Source: Candidatus Babeliales bacterium (GTDB lineage: Bacteria > Babelota > Babeliae > Babelales > JANWKD01). Taken from it: a stretch of DNA of 64,000 bases. Positions 58,512 to 64,000 of this stretch are shown piece by piece (within the stretch, counting starts at the first letter, position 1; each line of letters starts with the position of its first letter). The notes under the pieces were generated by a model. That model was not told the DNA's origin. It did no database searches and saw only the letters and a list, made by a program, of their open reading frames with translations. The DNA is taken from assembly GCA_963722255.1 (NCBI GenBank), contig CAVRJO010000001.1:544001-608000 (forward strand), given 5' to 3'. Both the position numbers and the translations under genes were made by a program.

Positions 58512-58665
58512 CTAGGTTCTGTTGAGTTTTTTGCGTAACCATATACAAGTTCCAACAAATGCAAGAAAAGCAGCAAAACTTCTAGCCAATTTATCAAATC
58601 GAGAAAAACTCATCTAAATTGTTTTATTTTTGAGAGAAAACACTCAACAGATATATCATCCTTTA
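58512..58665 (-). mobile_element. IS5-family transposase 3' remnant with right end
   Basis: Degenerate VECF..KIKQF...FSRFDKLARSFAAFLAFVGTCIWLR followed by CTCAACAGAACCTAG. Confidence 0.75.
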
Positions 58666-58848
58666 TAGATGAGTAAAAAATATCCAAATACCCCAATATA
58701 TTAATGACTAATAAATCTTTTGATCTTGACTTTGTTCCAAATATTCTTGTTTTGCATCAACTAAAATGAACAACAATATAGTGCCATTCATCCACAAGCT
58801 TATACTCGCGATAAATGGCACTATATCTTTTGTGTTACAAACTATTTT

Positions 58849-59751
58849 TTACCATTTTTTTTTCTTTTTTGAAGCAGGCTCTGCAGTACAAAAATCATTT
58901 AATGCCAACAAAAATTTTTTTATACCACCTTTTTTACTAAAAGCAGGTATGCTTCTAATATCAAATGCAAGACATGGATGCCTTGATCCTATATGGGAAG
59001 GAAGGCCATCTAAAGTCATCTTTACATCACAATCAGAAAGAGGGCAGATGTTTTTTAAGGATCCACAGTAGTTAAATTTTGAGGGCTTCAAAGCATATGA
59101 TTCAACAATAAATTTTATACGTTCATCTAATGGATCTACATTTTCCTGTTTCAAATTTTTTGAAACTTCTTTTCTTTTTTTTGATGGTCGATTATCTTCT
59201 GAACCACTTGTAGTTTCTTTTTCCTCTGAATCTGAAGAAAGAGCAGCTCCATTTAAACCATTTGAAAAACCATGAGACGTTACCAATACATTATCTTCAT
59301 CTGCATGAGTAATATCCTCTATAATTTTTAAAAAAACACCAGGTAAGATGGACACGAATGCGATAACAACTCTTTTGCTTATCTTTTCCTTATTTGCTTC
59401 AAGCAGATCTTGTACCTCTGATAATGAACTTTCACCACGGTAACCACCGGTTTTGAACTTCTCAAGAGCTGCAGTATACTCTTGCTCAAGCGAAGTTTCT
59501 TTGCAATCTTTCTCTTCATCAGAACCGGCAGTTAAATAGTCTATTGAATCTTGATATAAATTAAATATTCCCGGATGTTGCTGACTTAATATTTCATAAC
59601 TATTTCCTGAATCAATAAGAGCCTGAACAGTCTCTTTAGCTGATCTTTCAGCTACCTGAAGCATAAGATTTTTGCTTGCCTTTTTTTCCATAGAATTTAA
59701 AGCATTTATCATACCTAAAGATAGTATGATGATACTTATTATTTTGCGCAT
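58849..59751 (-). CDS. Secreted protein with NLS-like motifs and a C2H2-like finger
   Basis: Signal (NSME); PSKKRK, PASKKKKKW; CPLSDC-x11-H-x4-H. Confidence 0.75.
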   Translation of the reverse strand: MRKIISIIILSLGMINALNSMEKKASKNLMLQVAERSAKETVQALIDSGNSYEILSQQHPGIFNLYQDSIDYLTAGSDEEKDCKETSLEQEYTAALEKFKTGGYRGESSLSEVQDLLEANKEKISKRVVIAFVSILPGVFLKIIEDITHADEDNVLVTSHGFSNGLNGAALSSDSEEKETTSGSEDNRPSKKRKEVSKNLKQENVDPLDERIKFIVESYALKPSKFNYCGSLKNICPLSDCDVKMTLDGLPSHIGSRHPCLAFDIRSIPAFSKKGGIKKFLLALNDFCTAEPASKKKKKW

Positions 59752-59866
59752 AATTCACCATCTGAAAAATATTTTTAACATACTATAATTACAAAGCAAT
59801 CATATTATATAGTAAAATCTCATTCAGTAAAGAATTAAGGTGTGCAAAAAAAATCTACAGTGTTAC

Positions 59867-60562
59867 TTAATCATTATTGCGTCGGCCAACCAAGCGCAAG
59901 ATCATTAAAAATAAGTTAATAAAGTCAAGATACAAAGTTAAAGCACCCAAGACTGCAATCTTATTATCCATCTCATTTTGTTCAACGAGCATTTCCGATA
60001 ATCGTTTTATTTTTTGAACATCATAAGCACTTAAGACACTAAAAATAATGACGCCAACGATGGTTAGAATATAGTCAAGTGGGCCATTGCCAAAAAACAT
60101 ATTTGCAATAAAGCCAATAATCAACCCAAATAGACCCATAAGTGCATAATTACCTACGCTTGTAAGATCAGATTTGGTCGTATACCCATACAAAGCCAAA
60201 CAAGCAAACATGCCACTGGTTACAAAAAATGCAGTGTATAATGAACTTTGCGTATAGGCTAATACAATGGTAGAAAAAGTTACACCCGTGAGAGCTGAAT
60301 AGAGAAAAAATAAAAAGAGTGCCATACGAAAACTTAATTTATAGAGTGCTGCTGAAAGCGTAATCACCAGCGCTAATTGAGCGATAAAAAATCCCAAAAC
60401 AATCCATCGATTAGTAAATAATGTATGCATGATTGCAGGTTGATGAGAAACATAATAGGCAATCAAAGCAGTTATGCACAGCGCTATTGCCATAAATCCA
60501 TACACTCTATACAATAAATTTTTTGCACGTGTATCATAAGAATGTGAATCAGTATATACCAT
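59867..60562 (-). CDS. Bax inhibitor-1/YccA-family membrane protein
   Basis: LYRVYGFM, YGYTTKSDL, AYDVQKIK, GALTLYLDFINLFL. Confidence 0.95.
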   Translation of the reverse strand: MVYTDSHSYDTRAKNLLYRVYGFMAIALCITALIAYYVSHQPAIMHTLFTNRWIVLGFFIAQLALVITLSAALYKLSFRMALFLFFLYSALTGVTFSTIVLAYTQSSLYTAFFVTSGMFACLALYGYTTKSDLTSVGNYALMGLFGLIIGFIANMFFGNGPLDYILTIVGVIIFSVLSAYDVQKIKRLSEMLVEQNEMDNKIAVLGALTLYLDFINLFLMILRLVGRRNND

Positions 60563-60910
60563 GAAAATCCTTTATAATTTTTTATACCCTATATCTTTTG
60601 CCATTTTACTCTAGTTGTTTATACCATTGCAATACCTGGCTCTAATCAATTTTACATAGGATTCGCATTATTGTATGTTTCAATTAGGCTTGCAGTTTAT
60701 TCATTATCTTTTAATACTCAATGCCGCTTCTTCTATTTTCTCGAGCTGTTAGAAACCATTTTGGATTAAGCATAAAAATAATTGGTAATGCTATCATAAG
60801 AATACCTCCACCTATACCTCCTATCAAAATATATTCCCTATTTTCTGTGCTATCTAATTGTTTCAACAAAACCACCAAGGCACCAAAAATACAGAAAGTA
60901 GTTATTGTTA

Positions 60911-61909
60911 TTATTGGATGGAAGTGTCCTTTATCTTGAATTTGATCAGTTTTTCCATTGAACTAAACAAAGGCAATGGAAAAGCTCGATCTAGTCTTTC
61001 TTGTGATTGCAGCGCTAGCCTATTTCCTTTTAAATTCATATATACTCCTTTGCGTGCAACAAAAGAGGATATTTCTTTTATTCTATTATTTTCAAGATCA
61101 AAAATAAAATTTTCAGACAACTCATCTATCATTGTTATTTTCTTAATTTTATTATTACGCGCCTTAAGAACTTTGAGCTTAGGAAAAAATCGCGATACTA
61201 ATTTTTTAAGATTAAGTTTTTTTAAACAATTGTTATTTAACTTTATCTTTATGATGGGTTCGTTGCTTAGTAAGGTTGAAAGTGCTTTAATCCCTTTAAG
61301 GCTATCAAGTTTTCGATGTGCTAGATTAAGGCACAATTCATTAGTTTCTTGTTCATCCTTGCAAATTTTTTTTAGATATGCATTTTTATTTGAAGCTACA
61401 AAATAGCCGTCATTAATAAAGCTTTGTACAGAATTAAGATAAAGCATTTCAGCAACTGCCACATTTTGATTATCTTTGGCCACTTTTTTATGGATTAAAA
61501 ATGTCAATTGACGCAAAACATCTTGAGGAGCTCCTAATAAATCCGCTGCATTAAAAATATCTTGAATAGCATTATCATTTTGGTATCGCAAAACATCTTC
61601 AATACATTCAAAAACTTTGTATAAAATGCTCGCATGCAAATAAGCATTATCGTGTAAAGACAAACTTGGATCTTTAAAACATTTAAAACTCAAGTCACAT
61701 GTTGCCTCATCCTCAACGTGCGGTTCAGCAAGGGATTTACGAATCAAGCTACAATTCAAAGCTAAAGATTTTTGTACAGAAAAAAGATTGCCAAAACCAT
61801 CTTCAATCACTAAATATGGTCGCTCACTTAATTCCATTGGGATAACATAGTTTGAAATAATCATCAAAGCGTAGAAAACCATCCATCGATTTATAAAAAT
61901 CAAATTCAT
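60911..61909 (-). CDS. Secreted BTB/Skp1-like plus leucine-rich-repeat protein (probably frameshifted before C-terminal TMs)
   Basis: FSV.K..A..C.LI, DIFNAADLL; L.L.NN.L repeats; a two-TM segment continues in another frame to about 60710. Confidence 0.72.
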   Translation of the reverse strand: MNLIFINRWMVFYALMIISNYVIPMELSERPYLVIEDGFGNLFSVQKSLALNCSLIRKSLAEPHVEDEATCDLSFKCFKDPSLSLHDNAYLHASILYKVFECIEDVLRYQNDNAIQDIFNAADLLGAPQDVLRQLTFLIHKKVAKDNQNVAVAEMLYLNSVQSFINDGYFVASNKNAYLKKICKDEQETNELCLNLAHRKLDSLKGIKALSTLLSNEPIIKIKLNNNCLKKLNLKKLVSRFFPKLKVLKARNNKIKKITMIDELSENFIFDLENNRIKEISSFVARKGVYMNLKGNRLALQSQERLDRAFPLPLFSSMEKLIKFKIKDTSIQ

Positions 61910-62090
61910 TAGCTCACTCCTCATACATCCTTCTGCTCTAAATTTTAGTGCATTCATCTATAAAGTTCAATATCTTGCTACACAGACCTTTAAGCACTGA
62001 TATTCTCTTATTTTCACGTAACCTTGCAGTTTATTAATGAATTTTAGTAGATCTAAAGATATAATTATTAGTTTTTGCAAGGAGAAATGT

Positions 62091-62813
62091 ATGATACAAA
62101 AATGGATCGTAAAAGCAGGACTTATTATAATAACAGGTATACTCTGCATACAATTTAGTTCACAAAACAGATCAACAGAAGGCAAAGAAAAACCAACAAC
62201 GAATGTATATGGTATATTGACTGATTCAGAAAATCAAAGCATCTCTGTTCAAAATATAACTATTGCAGGCCGTTTTAATGATATTGCTGTTTACAAAAAA
62301 CCAACCGACCCTAATACAAACCCGGATATTAACAAAACAGTTGTTGATTTATGTGCAGTGAGTGAAATACGAGTTCCTGCACCAAAAATTGTAGAATTCA
62401 ACAAAAGAAAGTATATCGAAATTACACTTATTTCAAATAATGCAAATCCAACGCAAAATGAGTATATTATTGAATATTCCAAAAAACTCTTCTGTGATTA
62501 CGGCTCATTAGAAAAAGAACTCAACTTCACTGCCCTTAAAAGAGTACAAATTCAAGGATGCAAAAAGCAGGAAGAATTGCCAAGAAACTGTCCACCATCA
62601 GCAACACAGACTCCTGCTGCTTTACAACATAAAGCACAACAACAAGCAATAGATTCAACACTTACAAAAACCCAGTCGCTTATTAATGAGTTAGAAAAGA
62701 AAGCAGAAAAATTAGGCAACGAACAAGATTCAACCATCAAAGCTCAAATTTTACAAACCATTGCAGATCTCAAACAATCGGTTCAGGAAACTTTAAAAAA
62801 TTGGTTTGCCTAG
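62091..62813 (+). CDS. Membrane-anchored hypothetical protein with C-terminal coiled coil
   Basis: AAGGAG RBS, N-terminal TM, Gln-rich helical end. Confidence 0.75.
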   Translation: MIQKWIVKAGLIIITGILCIQFSSQNRSTEGKEKPTTNVYGILTDSENQSISVQNITIAGRFNDIAVYKKPTDPNTNPDINKTVVDLCAVSEIRVPAPKIVEFNKRKYIEITLISNNANPTQNEYIIEYSKKLFCDYGSLEKELNFTALKRVQIQGCKKQEELPRNCPPSATQTPAALQHKAQQQAIDSTLTKTQSLINELEKKAEKLGNEQDSTIKAQILQTIADLKQSVQETLKNWFA

Positions 62814-62885
62814 AGGATATAATTATTCGTATACTATTCACAGTAAAAATATATCGTATAAACAAATTGAACCCGAAGGATCCTC

Positions 62886-63206
62886 ATGCCCGTTACCATT
62901 ACAAAGGACAATTTTGAACGCGAAATTACTCAATCATCATTGCCGGTTGTTTTAGATGTCTATGCAACATGGTGTGGACCTTGCCTTCAAATGGCTCCAA
63001 TCTTTGATGAGTTAGAAGTAGAATATGGCAATAAATATAAGTTTGTAAAACTTAATGTAGATGAATCTCGTGAATTAGCGATTAATTATGGTGTCACTGC
63101 AATTCCAACCTTTATTTTCATTAAAAACAATGAGATTAAAGGAAAAGAGACCGGTTATATGACCAAAGATGCATTGGTCCACAAAATCAATGAACTTTTA
63201 GGTTAA
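62886..63206 (+). CDS. trxA: Thioredoxin
   Basis: ATWCGPC, KLNVD, AIPT. Confidence 0.95.
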   Translation: MPVTITKDNFEREITQSSLPVVLDVYATWCGPCLQMAPIFDELEVEYGNKYKFVKLNVDESRELAINYGVTAIPTFIFIKNNEIKGKETGYMTKDALVHKINELLG

Positions 63207-63220
63207 GATAGAATGCTGAG

Positions 63221-63263
63221 TAATAATGAAGATATAGAGCAGCCTTTATATCTTCATTATTTT
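63221..63263 (+). terminator. Terminator after trxA
   Basis: AATAATGAAGATATAG...TTATATCTTCATTATT. Confidence 0.7.
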
Positions 63264-63393
63264 ATAAATCTCATTGAACACAAATGAACTCTTTGGGGTA
63301 GCATACATTCAATAAAAAAATGGTTTGACTTTATAACTTTTTATAATTAGGTTCTTGATTGTAAAAAATACCTTTTAACAAAACAGGAAAGTC

Positions 63394-64000
63394 ATGAAGA
63401 AAATCGTTACTAGTTTCTTATTGATTAATGCACTAGCCTTAACTATTCTAGTATTGGTTAAAGCTCTACCCCTAAATTTTTATAATAAAGCTGAAGAGCC
63501 TAAATACCACAGCCAATGTGGCCAAGATTCGTATATTAACAAAAATTTTTTTCCTAATAAAAAGGATGGAGTTTATGTCGAAATTGGAGCTCATAACGGC
63601 CTTACCTTTAGTAATTCACTTTTTTTTGAACAACTTGGTTGGCGAGGTATGTGCATTGAACCAATTGCTGAAGAATTTGAAAATTTACGTCGCAATAGAA
63701 ATGAAAAATGTATTTGCATCAATGGAGCCATCGCTGACTTTTCCGGTAAAGGAAGATTTCTCTATGCAAAGGGTTCTGCAGACATGCTCAGCGGTCTTAT
63801 AGATAAATATGATCCTCGTCATCTGGAAATTGTTAAAGCCTCAGGGAGCAATGGCGAATTCATTGAAAGAGATGTAGACTGTTTCAAGCTCAATGATCTT
63901 TTAGAAAAACATAACATGTACCATGTTGATTATTTAAGTATTGATACTGAGGGCGGAGAATTAGATATTCTCAAAACAATCGACTTTTCAAAATTTGATA
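63394..64000 (+). CDS. FkbM-family methyltransferase (truncated by the window end)
   Basis: Manual translation: N-terminal TM, YHSQCGQD, VEIGAHNG.TFSNS.FFEQLGWRGMCIEP, YLSIDTEGGE. Confidence 0.9.
   Translation, partial: MKKIVTSFLLINALALTILVLVKALPLNFYNKAEEPKYHSQCGQDSYINKNFFPNKKDGVYVEIGAHNGLTFSNSLFFEQLGWRGMCIEPIAEEFENLRRNRNEKCICINGAIADFSGKGRFLYAKGSADMLSGLIDKYDPRHLEIVKASGSNGEFIERDVDCFKLNDLLEKHNMYHVDYLSIDTEGGELDILKTIDFSKFD

Noticed and set aside
115..62740. Numerous 60-120 aa ORFs antisense to or nested in real genes (e.g. 115-297, 4550-4906, 13265-13516, 60858-61406)
   Set aside because: Shadow frames of well-supported CDSs; no independent motifs or RBS
63518..63802. 94-aa ORF
   Set aside because: Out-of-frame shadow of the FkbM methyltransferase starting at 63394

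Overview
AT-rich bacterial chromosomal segment. The gene content suggests an intracellular protist-associated bacterium, most likely Candidatus Dependentiae/Babelota (TM6); this is an inference from many signal-peptide proteins with an [AGS]-M-[EQH] motif plus ankyrin, WD40, LRR and ubiquitin-like proteins. Housekeeping genes (truA, typA, rpsR, rpsF, rnhB, ftsY, amino-acid ABC transporter, mutL, prmC, pilC/pilMN-like, trxA) and four tRNAs (Leu-CAA, Ser-GCT, Arg-ACG, Ser-TGA) are interleaved with putative effectors. Highlights: (1) a ~140-nt multi-hairpin structured repeat/ncRNA in 3 full copies plus partial and divergent ones, with clear compensatory changes and no match I can recognise; (2) hairpins that pair with the encoded CCA of all four tRNAs; (3) an intact carotenoid-oxygenase homologue lacking all four iron-binding histidines; (4) two tandem secreted paralogues sharing a novel domain with an F-box-like end, fused to WD40 or to a eukaryote-type ubiquitin-like domain; (5) an MTase-less REase-SF2 helicase with four treble-clef Zn repeats; (6) a polymorphic toxin/immunity locus with orphan remnants; (7) a 238-bp MITE with a 9-bp TSD and an IS5-family element interrupting a secreted-protein gene. 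No CRISPR array, rRNA or prophage structural genes were seen.
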